Part shown: positions 1 through 13,479 of the stretch, in pieces
Numbering within the stretch: the first letter of the stretch is position 1
Layout of the letters: each line of letters starts with the position of its first letter
Assembly (NCBI GenBank): GCA_965202585.1
Contig: OZ241826.1
Coordinates: forward strand, 27,714,001-27,778,000
Length of the DNA: 64,000 nucleotides
Reading direction: 5' to 3'
DNA from: Thalia democratica
Taxonomy: Eukaryota
Notes under the pieces: generated by a model
The model's input: only the letters and a program-made list of their open reading frames with translations
The model's database searches: none
Told to the model about the DNA's origin: nothing
Program-made: the position numbers and the translations under genes

Positions 1-1796
1 CGCATGGCATGTTAACAGTCAATTTTCAGCTTCTCTTAATGCTCGTAGAATGGCAAAAATGAATCTTAAATCTTTGTTTTCAAAGTCAATATCAAGTTCA
101 GTTATATAATTACGTTTAAAAGTTTTCCTTTAGAGAATTTATAAGTATGTAATGATTCCTAAAACTTTTGATTGTTTAATTTAAAGCATTGTCTGCTTTT
201 GTCTTTAAAAATTTTGTATGTTACAAGAAATAACATTTACGAACGCCAAACACACTTTTTAATTTTGTAAGTAAATATAATAAAACTATAAAAAATAAAA
301 AGTTTCAATGTTTATTTAATTATATTAATCTTAGTGCATTGTTAATCAACAAAAAATAATATAAACTTAGTTTTGTTTTTCATTTTAAGCGAGTAGAATA
401 ATCACAAATCAAGTGTTTTAAAATTGTCAAGTGATAACATTATTAAGTTAAATGTTAAAAATTGTAACAGTAAATTTACATCCGAGTTACTCTATGTCTT
501 TGTTACTCTATCAATTTTTAGGTCAACTAATTCTGATAAATATTACAAATATTTAACTATTGAAAGATAGACAGTTTAAGACTGTAATTTATATTCAGTC
601 TTATATAACTTTAATTATTTTAATAAATATTTTAACTTCGAGTGTTAAAGCTCATAAGAAAATAATTATTTATTAGTTAATCCAAACATACAGAAGTGTT
701 TTAAAAGATAGTGGTTTGTCAAGTGATTTAGTATTAATAAGTTTAGAAACTATATTATTTTGAATTCCTAACTTTAAAAACTCTTATTTACAAATAAAAA
801 ACTTAACGTTTTATGACAAGCAATTGTGTGTATAATTTTTCAAATATAATCAGGTAAAATAATATACTTATTGGTACTATTATTTCAAAATCAGGCATTA
901 ATCAGCAGCAGGCTTGTTTTCACAAAAAACATTGAAAAATTAAAACTTTAAACAAATAAGAAACTAAAAGTTATTAAACGACCAGGGATAAGAGCTATTC
1001 TAATACAGTTTTTAAGACGTCTGGAAAGCGCAAATACTTTGTTCAAAACTATAATAAAGGTACTTTCTTTTCGCACAAAAGACATGCAATTTTTAGAGTC
1101 AGAAGCATTTTTATTTTTAAACTTGTTATTGCGAGAGTTTTTATTAATTTTTTTATTCAGTAATTTTGGGATACTTATTACTAATTTCGTGATCAGAAAT
1201 CACCTACTACTCCAGTGTCACCAAACAAAGAAAACGAAATGTTCACGTCAAAGTTACGTATTTATCAATCCTGTGGCCATAACATAAAAGTCGTGGAACG
1301 CTCACGCATTCTATTCCCGTGACACTACACAATGAAACTTCTCAATTTATCAATATTTTATACGAACTTCGTTGGCTGAACTCAGAAATATTTATTATTT
1401 TATATGAGGAAAAGATTTTTTTTTAAGTTTGGAAGGGTAAACATCTCCACTAATATTAACTGGAAAGATATTCGAACTACTTATGCCTAAGTACTGACAC
1501 AAAAAAAGTAAATTTTTAAGTAACACAGCTAAGTTTTAATGATATAGTCTGCTGTCTGCTAAATTTCAATTTTATTTTTAAAATTCTTAACAGTATTTTA
1601 TTTAATAGAAATGAAATAAGCCTTTTTATAAATATATACTAAGAATAATTCATGATCATTGTTATAAGTCAAAACAAGTTCTAATAAAAATGTTTTGAAA
1701 ATATGAGAGCTTAAAGATATTTAAGTTCAAGAATCATGAAGAAAACGGCAAAAGCAACATACTAAATTAACTAAAAATAAAAAATAAATTAAAAAA

Positions 1797-2330
1797 ACGA
1801 AGAAGTTGACAAGGAAGATGATGAAGAGACAAAGAAGTTGACATGGAAGATGATGGAGAGACGAAGAAGTTGACAAGGAAGATGATGGAGAGACGAAGAA
1901 GTTGACATGGAAGATGATGGAGAGACATAGAATTTGACATAGAAGATGATGGACTGACGGAGAAGTTTACATGGAAGATGATGGAGAGACAAAGAAGTTG
2001 ACATGGAAGATGATGGAGAGACAAAGAAGTTGACATGGAAGATGATGGAGAAACGAAGAAATTGACATGGAAGATGATGGAGAGACGAAAAAGTTTACAT
2101 GGAAGATGATGAATAGACGAAGAAGTTGACATGGAAGATGATGGAAAGACAAAGAAGTTGACATGGAAGATGATGGAGAGACGAAGAAGTTGACATGGAA
2201 GATGATGGAGAGACGAAGAAGTTGACATGGAAGATGATGGAGAGACGAAGAAGTTGACATGGAAGATGATGGAGAAACGAAGAAATTGACATGGAAGATG
2301 ATGGAGAGACGAAGAAGTTGACGAGGAATT
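1797..2330. repeat. 32-bp minisatellite, about 16-17 copies
   Basis: The unit ACGAAGAAGTTGACATGGAAGATGATGGAGAG repeats head-to-tail, e.g. starts at 1861 and 1893. The four overlapping minus-strand ORFs with a 32-aa period are by-products of this array. Confidence 0.95.
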
Positions 2331-5300
2331 TACGAAAAAACTTATATTGAGTTTATTGCATGAAAAATAAAAAAAAACAATTTTTAGGTTTTGTTATAAG
2401 TTTTTTATGTATTTTAAATTACTTAACTTTAAATAACATTCAATTTTCGAAGTAACATAAACATCAGTTTTTTTTTAAGATTTAATTAGCTCAAAATTAG
2501 ATTTTTAAATCTACTTACACTTTAACTTACATAGCTCCTGCTCTGCAAACAGGCAAATAAAAAAACTAATTGTAAATATGTATGTTAAACAATGATTGTC
2601 TATGTTTATAGTTTTTGTAACACCAAACTTAATTCATACAGATTATGAATTACTGAATCAATTAATTAGTTTTACTTTAGAAAATGTTTTGTTATGGTTT
2701 GTAATTTTTTGCCGTGTTTTCAATCCATTACTGACTAACTTTTTGTTAACATTTCAATTAAATTTTATATTTTAAGCACCAACATCAATGTACAGTTTTT
2801 TAATTCCAAAATTATATTTTTTTTTAAACTTTGAATTACTGACTTAATTAATTTTAATTATGAAAAGTATATACACATGTAATTAAAAATACCATATTCT
2901 TGTTAAATAATTAACTTATGTACGAACATTTTTCTGTTTACTTGTTTTTTTATCTTTCTTCTTTTTTTTTATTCTACCAGTGGTTTCGGAAGGAGTTTGT
3001 GGGTACAGGTACTAAATGATAGACGTAAATGATTATTGATACATTAAAAGGTAATGTTGATATAACAATCTTAAGTATAAAAATGTTGATAGAAACTGAA
3101 ACTAGACAGAAATAGAATTTAAAAAAATTTTAAAATGAAGCGAAATAGAGAGGTAAGGTAAGAGACTAGATTTAGAAAAATATTTAAAAAAGCAAGAAAA
3201 AAAGAAAAAAAATATTAAGCAAAAAAAAAATTAACGAACCAATCATTACATTTTATGTTTCGTTTTATTTCAGAAGAGTTGAAGTTAAAGAATTTCAATG
3301 TTTACAGTGACGTCACAACTGGTATTGAGAATAGAAAATGAGAAAAAGAAGCGTGAAGTAAATTTGAGAGAAAGAGTTTAAAACTTAGCTTGCAGACGCC
3401 AGTCGGGCGGATTAGTGACGGGAGAGAAGCGAGTCGGGTGGATTATCACCGGGGAAGAGAACGCACACAACGACGTGGAAACAGCACAACGACGGGGAAG
3501 CGAGTTAGCCGGCAAGGCAGATGAAGCTTATTTAAGACTTGTGAAAATTAAACGAGGATAGGAAACTTTATCGTCGAGTCGATTTTCAATGTTAAACATA
3601 TTCAAGAGAATGTTTATCACTTAGTTAGCGTGCTTACGCGACTCTTAAAGAAATTGTTGGTAGAATTTTTATAGCACTTTGTTTTCTTACATCTACTTCA
3701 CTTATTTCACAATGTTTTTATTAATCTTGTAAATATATATAACGTGCACTTATAACTAGTTTTTAGCATTGTTTCTATAGTAAGTACTAGTATATCAAAT
3801 TAAGCCTGCGTTCCATCTGAACGTCTGTAACACTTTAAATAACCGTTTCTTGTTATCTTATTTAAGAGCAGCTAAACCAACCTAACAACATCGTTTTTGA
3901 GGACAGTTACAGAATTTTATGGAAAAATTAGTTTTTTTTAATAAATGTTGATTTTCAACATACTTCTATAGTTAGTTTTATGATGTAATATATTTTTTCG
4001 TAATTAATTACTGTTCTTAAATATATGACCCATACAAGTTTTACCTACATTCTTAGCAAAACTATTTGAGGGATTTCATGCTCAAGTGCTAACAGTTTAT
4101 TTATTACAAGTTTAAACTTACTTTAATAAGTATGTTTAAAAAAAAAATTTTAGAGTTAAATTTGTATGAAAAATTAAAAAACTCAAAAATTTTAAAGGGT
4201 CCCCACTACAAATGTCAAACACCAATTTCGATGAAAATAATTCTGAAAAGCAAAGCAAAAAAACGTTCTTTAAAGAAAAAAATCAAAATTAACATTAAAG
4301 TATTTGAAAATAATTGATTTAAAAGTTTAGTTTTAAAAAAATTACACAAAAAGCCATTCAACTTCACGCTCGTAATAAAGCTCTTAACTCAGTTTTCACG
4401 ACATCCGAGACACCAATAGATCTCGCCAATAACTTCTTGTCTTCACATTTCCATACTTTCAAGTTGTAACACATCAAGTATCTGTGCAAAACTAAAAGCT
4501 GCCACTTCTCAAATCTCAGTCTAATTGGTCTGTACGATAAATTTTAAACAAAAGTTTTAAATTCGCAAACGGTTATAACAAAATTAATCTTTAGTTAGAA
4601 GTGTTAAAAATCTTTTTTGAAATGAAACTGAACTCTTAACTGATTTTAGTATAAAAAAAATATTTTGGGTCAATTTGACTTTAAAACTGTGTACGATTTA
4701 TAAATCAAAAGCTAGTCTTTTTGTTAAAGTAGTCAGTGAATAAATATATTTTTATTAGAAAGTTATAATTTAAAATAATTTAGTTAAAACTTTATAACTT
4801 ATCAAAAATTTACTAAAGGGGACTACTCTCTTTGCTATCACCAGCCATAAGACAGACTGATTACCTACTTATGTTTGGGAAGTATTGGTTTTGTCCATAT
4901 TAAGCTACTAAATTATTGAGTGTGAAATTAAACGTATTATACAATAATTAGTTATATAAAACAAGGAATAGTATAAAATTTAAGCTGTATTTTATAAGGA
5001 GAAAATAAGTTTCAATCAAAAAGATAGCAAATACAACCGTTTAAGTTACAGACAAAAAATTTTTGACAAGTTTTTTTTTGCAAAAATTTTGAATAAATCT
5101 TGTGGATTTTATATTTTTGATATTATTTCTTTACAGAATCAACAAAGAGGTTAGCTTTGTCTTGGACACTACAGATTAAAATACAAATTAAAATTTATTA
5201 GATAAAAATAATTGAAATTGTTGATTTGTAGTAATTGAAAAATAAAAAGCACTATAAATATTGAACAATGAATATTAATATTCATTGTTAGATTTTGACA

Positions 5301-6721
5301 TTTAAATTTATATTTTTTTTTCCTAACTAAGTAGGAAATTAATGTAGATTAATGTAATAGTATACAGTGCTTAAAAATTTTATTTATTGTATTCCCATTT
5401 ATATTTTATCTACTTAATGATTTAAAAACGCTCAAAAGGTTCGATCTAAGGACCTGGTGTACAAAAAAACACATCGGTTATCGGCCACATGTTTTTACAA
5501 TTTCTAAGATTTAATAAAAAATTTTTTTTTTAATATTACTTTTAAATCTTAAGAAATAAAGCAATCAAAAAAATTAATGAAAAAAAAAGTTAACTTAGTT
5601 AAGCGTTTACGTTAAAAATGTTTAGTTATAATGAATTCCAAAACTTTACTAACAGAGTATAATAAGATAATACAGTCTAACTAGGGTTTCCCAATCTCAT
5701 TTATTAAAATTCCCTCTTTTCAGAAATTTGAAAAAAAATCGCCCACCATGATTTTATCAAGTATTTTTTTCTTCTTGAATACGCACTTTTGAGCCAAAAA
5801 AGTTGTAATCGAAATGTAATTTAGTCTGGAACTACTTATTCACGTACTTTGGGCTGTGTTCAAATTAATTTACAGGGCTTGAAAAAATAATTTAAAATTA
5901 CTTTTTTATAAGCCCAGTTAAGTGTATTTTAAATATCAAAAAGCGATTTGTAATCTGTAATTCATTCTGTTTAAATATAAATTGTTTTAAAACTGGTGAA
6001 TCCTTTAGGTTAGTTGTGGACAATTTTTGTAGTCATCGAGTCACTTTTAGTAAAAAATCCTATTTAGTTACTACTTATTAAAAAAATGTACTTGCAGGCT
6101 GCGTAATTTAAAAAACTAGCATATAAGAAAATTAAAAAGCTCGAGCAAAAATGTAATAGTTTGATTTACTATTATTGTGATCTAGGAAGTACATTCTGAA
6201 CTGAAAATCAAATTTATGGCGTATTCCGAAGTATTAAGTATCAAAAAGCTAAATTTTGTTTTTTCTGCACAAATAGTTTTCAAGTTACTTAGCGGGCCGA
6301 AATTTGACTGGTACTGGACCGTTAGTTTTCTATCTAAAATCTTAACTGAAACCTGAGATTATAATATTTTTTTATAAAATGAATTTCAGACATTAGAAGT
6401 GAATGCTAAGTAACTTATTAAAGTCGCACAATATACTTAAATTTAATATAAATAGGCAACTTCTAAAATTATTTTCACATAGATTAAAACACTACAAAAG
6501 AAAAAAAAAATTTTCGACATCATTAGATTAATATAAAACATCATTGTTGATCTAGTTTTAGGAAGTTTTACCGATTGGTTAATTAATGCACACCAAAAGT
6601 GGTTTTATCAATATTTTTTTTAATGCAGAAAATTTGTTAATTCCAATGCTAAAAGATATTATAAGCAAATAAGTTGTAAAGTTAAAAATTTAGTTTTTAT
6701 TTTTTTAAACTGTATGTTTAA

Positions 6722-7776
6722 AAACTTATAGAAATTGAAACAGATAGTGCTCCGTCTGTGTTAGGAAACTATCGTGAATTAGTCACATATTACAAAGAGT
6801 TAAACCCTGATATATTAACTATTCCTTGCGAGTAATCGCCAACATTTAGTTAAAAAATTTGAGCGACCGTTTAAATGACTCATTACATTTTGTAATAAAA
6901 GCTGTAAACAAAATAAAAAGGCATGCTTTACAAAGTCATCTGTTTAAACAGCTGAGCAATAGCAATGATGGATTTTTGATAAGTTGAAAATGCATACAAA
7001 AGTGAAATGTTTATCAAAATGAAACTATTAAGAAAGTTTTGGGCTGTATTTAACTCAGTTGTTTTTTTTTAAAGGATAAGGTATTGGCAGACAATCTTGT
7101 TAAAATAACATTAGACATTGCTTACATGTCAGACTTATATAGTAAGATCAATAATGTGAACAAAACTTTACAAGGTAAAAACTTGAATCTTGTAAAAATC
7201 AAAAGTAACATAGCTAGTTTCAGAAACCAGCTTAAAATGTATGGAAAAAAAAAATCCAAATAAATATATTTTCACAGTTTGCAAGTTTGAAAAACATAAC
7301 ACTTCAAATAAGTGAAAGTCAAGTAGAAGTATTTTCAACTCATCTGGAAGAATATCAGCTTAAACGTGATATTGATAACAGTTTACTGATGTTTTTCAAC
7401 TAAACAACCCGAAGTGGATTATGGATCCCTTCGAAGCAGATCTTATTGAAGTTCACGTCGACTTACAGGAAACTTTCTCAGACTTAGAAGCTAACCTTAA
7501 ACTTAAATTAAATTTTACCAAAGAACGATATGAAAACTTTTTGACTCAACAAAAAATAAGGCAAAAGTATCCAATTATTTGGGAGGAAGTTAGATATATG
7601 TTTATAACTTTTTCGTCTAGCTGTGTGAGAAAGCTTTCAGTTCAGTTATCAACATCTTGAGCAAAAATCGTGATCTAGATATTTGTAAAGGAGGTGACTT
7701 GAGGATTTATTAGACTGATTTAGAACCAGATATAGAAAAACTTGCGAGCAATCATGAAGCTCATCCTTTACATTAG
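6722..7776 (+). pseudogene. hAT-superfamily (Buster/Charlie, SCAND3/ZBED5-like) transposase relic
   Basis: Manual translation across stops and frameshifts gives TDSAPSVLG (catalytic TDGAPxMxG), ..RQHLVKKLSDRLNDSLHFVIKAVNKIK, HTKVKCLSK (HTEVRWLSKG), MDPFEAD..LQE..KYPIIW and the C-terminal GGDLRIY*TDLEPDIEKLASNHEAHPLH*. These are typical Buster-group motifs. Confidence 0.88.
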
Positions 7777-8240
7777 ATTAGACTTCAGTTACAGACATTA
7801 TTTTCTGTAAGGTCTTCAACTTTAGTTATTTTTTCAAAAGATTTCTTATTTAAGCTGAATTGTATTGTATTTTAGTAGTCTTTTTATAATAACAGTTATA
7901 TTAAGTTATTTATTCTACAACAGGTTTTCTTAATGCCTAATGATTATTTATTATGGTAGACTTCCTCTTGAGTTTTTTAAGCAAAAAAATATGTAAATTT
8001 ATAATTTCTGAAACTTAATTAAGTAAAGTATATAACTAAATAAGTATAAATAAAACAAAAATTTTATTATGTTTAATAGCTTATATATTTCAATCTTTTT
8101 TATTAAATGATTATTTAATGTTTTAGTGGATTTTACGGCTATTCATAACATTGTTGCATTTTAACATATTAAAATTTGCCATTTCGTGAAAAAAATAATA
8201 ATGCATATTTGAGTTTGCACTTTTTTTTTGTTTAAAGTGC

Positions 8241-8980
8241 TGTAACGATATTGCGTTTAAATAAAAAAAGGCGCTAGAGAGTTTTCTCAAATTAGTGACT
8301 TTTTTATCGCTTTGTTTACTTCTCGAACTGCTTTAGCATGACGTTCAGTCAGTTGCTGCAGCCTTTCATTAAACATCGTTTGTAATCGTGAGTAATGTTT
8401 ATTCTTTTGCATGTTATTTCTGTTTCTCTAATATAAATTGTACATTTGAATTTGTTTAGTGTGAAATGTTGTATTTGTTTACATAATTTTGAATAAAATA
8501 AGTTGTTTTAAAAATTGCTAACATTTTATAAAACTCAGTTGTACACTTAGTTCCACATAAGATTTAATAACTTAAGTATAGTTGTTTAGACTAAATAAAG
8601 ATCGCTAGCAGCTTCATTATCTCTTAACATAGTTTATGATTAACGTAATCATAAACTAACGTAACTTACTAAACTTGTTGTGGCCATAGTTAGACACGTT
8701 CCTCTGGCTAGTTAATAAAATACAATAGATAGATTAGCAACTCCCTCAGAAATAGCACTATGAGTACAGGTAATCGCAGTCAGCCTAAGTTTAGTGATAA
8801 TGACGGCATGTTCTCCAAAGAGAACATGCAAGCCGCTTTTAGCGAGACCACAGAAATCAAGGCTCGTAAGAGAAAGAGGTTAGAAAAAGCGGGCGTATCC
8901 AAACGTCTTATTGACCTGAATTACTCTTCATCGCACAAACAGGGTACTACAGGCCAAGTAGCCCCACAGCGAGAAAGGTA
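8241..8980 (+). repeat. 5' LTR of family A (740 bp, TGTAAC...AAGGTA)
   Basis: It starts TGTAAC like the other two LTR families, is repeated with scattered differences at 18727-19433, and ends exactly where TGGTGACCC begins. Confidence 0.88.
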
Positions 8981-10330
8981 TGGTGACCCAACAAAAGAAA
9001 CTTCCGACCGTGGGGAACGCATATTCGGAGTTAGATTTACAGAACACAACTGATGCAATTAGAAACAATACGATGAACGCTAAATTACATCAAGCACACG
9101 GTAACAAAGAAAGAGAACAACTACAGGCAGCAATGGACATACCGGCAGACCATTTCGAACAACACAATAAATTTGATCTGACTCAAGAGCCATCTTATGA
9201 CCTGAGTATCGAAGAATTAAATGGTATGGAAGAATTATCGAAGAGAGAGCACACAAGACAAAGCTGATCAAGAATATCTTTAGAAATCAGGAAAAAAAAC
9301 CGTGAAGCGGAAAATTTTAACTCTTCCACAAAGACAAACCGCGACATCGCAACCCAAAATAGACACACTTCACGCCTGGTGCCTACAAACCAGGGCCCTC
9401 AAGTCTTAAGGCCACACGATCCGTCGGTGATCCGATTACCAAGTCACCCCCTCTAAACTATAGTAGACCTTCAGTTGAGCAGGGAGAGTCAAGTGTGAGA
9501 GAAAACTTCGAACAGCTTGTCCGCAGGCAAATTTACAATTGCCAGCCTCATTCAGAGAATAATAGGTATAATGCAGACATTTATGGCGGTACGCCCCACA
9601 CTGCAACAAGCCAATATCCCCAACTGAGAATCAACAATCTCGTCAGTCAAATAGGATATATAATGCGAAATACAGAACACCTTTCGATCAGGCTGCAACA
9701 TTTTGAAAAGATCGCCTACGATTACAGGGTTCAGTCAGATCGAGATCTCTTCAAATGGCTTGAATCGATAGTAGACTGGGGTGAGAGAGCCATTTATTAT
9801 AATAAACACGTAGAACAGGAGAGAAACTATAGAACATTAAGGAAGTTCCTGATGAGTGGGCAACCACCAGTAAGCGACAAGCTTTTAGCAAGAGGAGCAA
9901 AGCCTTCCATGTCAAGCAGGGAACTCGGAGACGAAATCAGTCACTGGTTAGCGGAGTTCCGAAAAGATGGGGTGTTGAAAAACTTGTCACAATATATTTA
10001 GCACCCAATCATTTAAAAAGTCAATTGAGGCGTAAACTTAACCTTAATGATGAGCAATTCCAGAACCCGTGGAGGTTGATGCTCGACGCAGATGAGCAAG
10101 AAGCGAAAGCGAGAGCCAGAAATATAAACTAAAATGTCTCGCACCCAAATCGAAATAAACCAGACCGACCACAATGGCAGCAGGGAACGAATAACAATCA
10201 AAGAGTATGCTATAACCATCGGAAATATAGTTAACAGTGTTACAAGTGCTCAGACAAGAACTGCATCATGAAGAATCAAACTGTCTTCCCAACTCGAGCA
10301 AAAAACGAGCACCCCGACTCTCCACAGTGA
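8760..10330 (+). pseudogene. gag: gag of family A (frameshifted), with a capsid-like core and CHCC zinc motif
   Basis: ORFs 8760-9053, 8980-9267 and 9495-10001 join through frameshifts. The C-terminus reads RVCYNHRKYS*QCYKCSDKNC (10208-10264, C-x2-H...C-x4-C) and ends RAKNEHPDSPQ*, matching the end of ORF1 in element C (HAKNELPNSPQ*). Confidence 0.75.
8981..8989 (+). promoter_or_regulatory. Primer-binding site, tRNA-Trp type (partial)
   Basis: TGGTGACCC abuts the LTR end and matches the first 9 nt of the complement of the metazoan tRNA-Trp 3' end (TGGTGACCCCGACGTGA). Confidence 0.75.
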
Positions 10331-10348
10331 GAGGGAGAGTGATTGGGG
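10300..10348 (+). promoter_or_regulatory. Putative -1 ribosomal frameshift signal (A AAA AAC plus stem-loop), family A
   Basis: The heptamer is in the gag frame and is followed by CCCC-G-ACTCTCC..GGAGAGT..TGGGG. The -1 frame is open (KKRAPRLSTVRGRVIG, ORF 10237-10788). Confidence 0.75.
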
Positions 10349-10821
10349 CCACACCATCTCACACAAAGACTGTCGGATATGTACACATGACCGCCCCTCG
10401 ACAGCAACCACCACCTCAACCTAAACCAACCAAGGATTCCTCAGACGATATTATCAGTCGTCCAGCAGATGGAGCGTCCACACCTACAAACAAACCAAAC
10501 GTGACATTCCTTATAAAGCAAACAACGTCACACAGTGCAGCGAAAATACCTATTAAGAACCAACGTTCTTGGCAACCAAGGCCAGAGTCAAAGACCAGCG
10601 CCACAGATCAAAGCCATGCCAACCAGCACCACAACGGGAAGTCCCAACAGTCCAGGCAACCGCAGCCAGTACCTCCACGACCGCCACCACCGATCAAAGC
10701 CATCATAGCCAATACCACGTTGGGCAATCCCAAAAAGCTGGAAAACCGCAGCCAGAGCCAGAACAGTTCAAGCCAACGGCCGACATAGGGACTTACAAAG
10801 AGCCGTCTCCACCCGTGAGAA
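10301..10821 (+). pseudogene. N-terminal S/T/P/Q-rich leader of pol (family A), interrupted by the nested LTR
   Basis: ORFs 10237-10788 and 10569-10826 align by eye with the start of ORF2 of element C (VRGRVIGATxSHT..V..V..TAPRQQPP.QP.PT). Confidence 0.75.
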
Positions 10822-11390
10822 TGTAACAGCATCGCTGTTCTTTCTTCCTTTTCTCTCAAAAAATGCTTAAGTTGAGTAAAACGCGAGTTTCTAGTCAGTC
10901 TAGTTTTACCTTTGTACTGATAGTATATCATTTGAAAAGATTGTGGTCGCCTCGTACTTCTTGTACGAAGGCGACTGTTTTTTATATTAACTTGTAAATT
11001 GGAATAGCTTATTTGTATATTTTGTTATCATGTATCGCAGTTTATATTCATTTAAATACAATTTGTGTTTCTAGACTCGATTTCTTATATACAATTAGTT
11101 AAGCATTCTAACAATCTAACTATTTAATTAAACTAAGCTTAAAAGATAGTCTAAGTTTAGTTCGCAATTCATTAAGTCGACTTAGCTAAATAACTTAGCT
11201 AAGTCATATCTAAACATTTAAATAACATCACCGATAAATACTTATAACGCGCACGGAGTCAGATAATAACCAGCATTGCGCGTATAAGTAACATTATAAG
11301 TAAATCGGGATAGTTAAATGATGACCCCTAGTTGTGTAACACGCACCTTATTTAAGTCCGTAACTTCTTTTTATTTTCTACTTTTCGTAG
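10822..11390 (+). mobile_element. LTR of a third family (B) inserted into family A pol; partner LTR not found
   Basis: It begins TGTAAC exactly where the pol leader breaks (compare CCACCCGTGAGAA|TGTAAC with the uninterrupted CCACCCGTGAGAACAC near 12030). It is followed immediately by TGGTGACCC at 11391 and an ATG at 11450. Confidence 0.75.
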
Positions 11391-11399
11391 TGGTGACCC
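11391..11399 (+). promoter_or_regulatory. Primer-binding site, tRNA-Trp type (family B)
   Basis: TGGTGACCC directly follows the 569-bp LTR-like segment. Confidence 0.65.
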
Positions 11400-11449
11400 A
11401 AAATTAGTTTAAAACTTTATTAAGACTTTAAACAAAATCTAATAGTATC

Positions 11450-12110
11450 ATGGATATACTTTATTTTAGGCTTAATAGATGCCAACTTTATAGGGACTGG
11501 GAGGAATTTAAACAAGACAAATATAAAACATTAATAACAGAGTTTTCCTCGTCTGATTCACCCAAACCAAATCCTTACAAGAATTACGCGAATTAGAAGC
11601 CGAAAGAGCCGAACTCGATCGAAGTGAAGCTGCTAGAGAATCAAAACGCAATCGCGCTGTCGCCATACCAAATTATGACGTCATCAGTACTTCGTCAAGT
11701 AATGCAACAAAAATATCTATTAAGAACCAAAGTTCTGAGCAACCACGGCCAGAATCACCAAGGCCAGAGTCAACGACCAAAGCCAAAGATCAGAGCCATG
11801 CCAACCAGCACCAGAACGGGCAGTCCCAACGGTCAAGGCAACCGCAGCCAGAATCGACAGGGCCAGAGTCAACAGTCAGAGCCACAGCAGCCAGTACCTC
11901 CACGACCGCCAGCAACGATCAGAGCCATCATAGCCAATACCACATCAGGACCCCAACAACCTGGGCAACCGCAGCCAGAGCCAGAACAGTTAAGGCCAAC
12001 GGCCGATATAGAGGCTTACAAAGAGCCGTCTCCACCCGTGAGAACACAAGCATTACTTGCACCATCAGATAAGGATGCAGAAACAGAGCCAATCATAAAA
12101 GGAAGCACAG
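11450..12110 (+). pseudogene. Short gag N-terminus of family B fused to a pol-leader-like S/T/Q-rich segment (capsid deleted)
   Basis: It reads MDILILGLID/QLYRDWEEFKQDKYK.../LQELRELEAERAELDRSEAARESKRNR (frameshifted). From about 11700 the sequence is homologous to 10540-10820. Confidence 0.6.
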
Positions 12111-12420
12111 CAGCGACGAAACAAAACAACAAAACTAAAAAAAATGTTAAAATTAATCGCGAATTCTTAACAAAAAAACACATTTCTTACTCCAAACGCA
12201 AAACGATTGCGAATAACAAATAACCTTTAGAAATTAGCTTACAGCAAATTTCTAAAACAAACCACGAATTAGTTTAGTTTATATTTCACAAATGGCGTCT
12301 TAAAACCAAAATATCTTTGAACAAAATTGAAGCACGCATTTTTTAAAAATAATCGCGAATTATTTTGGTTCATTTTTCACCGATGGCGTTTTGAACATAT
12401 CAAAATCGAAATACTTGTCA
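12110..12420 (+). repeat. Copy 1 of an internal block duplicated at 14050-14860; contains ~90-bp sub-repeats
   Basis: Shared CGCGAA..CTTAACAAAAAAACAC..AAACGCAAAACGATTGCGAATAAC..CCTTTAGAAATTAGCTTACAGC, and sub-repeats CACGAATTA..TTCACAAATGGCGT. Confidence 0.85.
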
Positions 12421-13479
12421 GAAACCGTTGCAAAACTTTGAGTTTTTGTTCAGGCGCTATTTTTCACCGCTGGAAAATTAAACTAAGATGTTATTGAAAC
12501 TTTACGATTAATTAATTTTTACAGCAAAACGTTAAGACCACCAAAAGAGTAATAAACTTTTAAACGCAAAGTTAAGACCATTAAAGAGTAATTTATTTTA
12601 TTTAATTATGGCAGACAACTAGTCTAAGAAGCTTTCTGAACAAAGCTTAGGACGAAATCGAGTCATAAGAAATTAAAGGAGTATTTTTAAAGTTTATTCT
12701 GTAACTTAAAATTTTATTTTGAGCTCTTACTAACATAAAAAATTGCCTTAATTTGTTAAGTTTTATTTCAATTTGTTTATTAAAAACAACTTATGTTCAA
12801 ACTTGAACTATAAATCTACAGTTGAACTATAGTAACCTTAGTGACTGATGTTAAGAAGGTTTATTGCCTTGTTTTTGTTGTTATACATTTCAGCTTACTT
12901 ATAAAAACACAATTTTAATAAGGTCATTTGAGCTATTAAATATCTTATTCAACATTTAAACGCTAACAACAACTTTGTTTTTAACTTTCTTAGAATATTA
13001 AAGTTTTATAAATTAGTATAAAGTTCAAGAGCTATATATTTTTACAAAAACAAGTTTAAGCTTTTGAAATGAATATAATTGTTTGTTTTGTCAACTAACT
13101 CATGTTGAATGTGAAATGTTTTTAATATACTAAAAGTTTTTATAACGAATAATTAGTTTAAACTGAAGCTATAAATGTTTTTTAAGTTTCTTATACACAT
13201 ACTTAAAAGTACTTGAAAATACTTGAAATAGTATTTTCTTTATATTTTTGCTTAAAATTTTTTTGAACTTCGCACGAAAACGGCTCGAGAAATCGAAAGT
13301 CGTCAACAAGTCGGCGAAGGTGACAAAGAGATCTGATCCACTATCCAGTATTACCTGCACCAGCAAATAAGGAAACAGAGACAGAGCCAATCATGAGTGA
13401 CATTACTCCCTTGAACAAAATAATAAATTGCAAGTCTTCTTATACTACCAGTCACAACTAAAAAATTGTTAAGGAAAGT

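Noticed and set aside
1171-1490. Exon-like stretch with ILYELRWLNSEIF, reminiscent of Ulp1 protease WLNDE motifs of DNA transposons
   Set aside because: It needs frameshifts, no catalytic H/D/C motifs are visible, and there is no supporting neighbouring exon.
1767-2292. Four overlapping minus-strand ORFs with repeated MSTSSSLHHLPCQLL
   Set aside because: They are artefacts of the stop-poor strand of a 32-bp minisatellite.
1797-2330. CRISPR-like appearance of ~32-bp repeats
   Set aside because: The units are head-to-tail with no unique spacers, in a eukaryotic context with no cas genes.
3270-3560. GC-rich island with short internal duplications and a splice-acceptor-like start
   Set aside because: All frames close quickly and no family could be recognised.
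4375-5170. Possible minus-strand micro-exons (about 5130-5166, 4818-4870, 4375-4540)
   Set aside because: Splice phases did not join into one open frame and no protein similarity was recognised.
5682-5700. TAGGGTTTCCCAA as the left TIR of the hAT relic
   Set aside because: No matching right TIR or 8-bp TSD was found before the LTR insertion.
8237-8240. TSD for the composite element A
   Set aside because: The left flank GTGC does not match the right flank AAGT, so it is not claimed.
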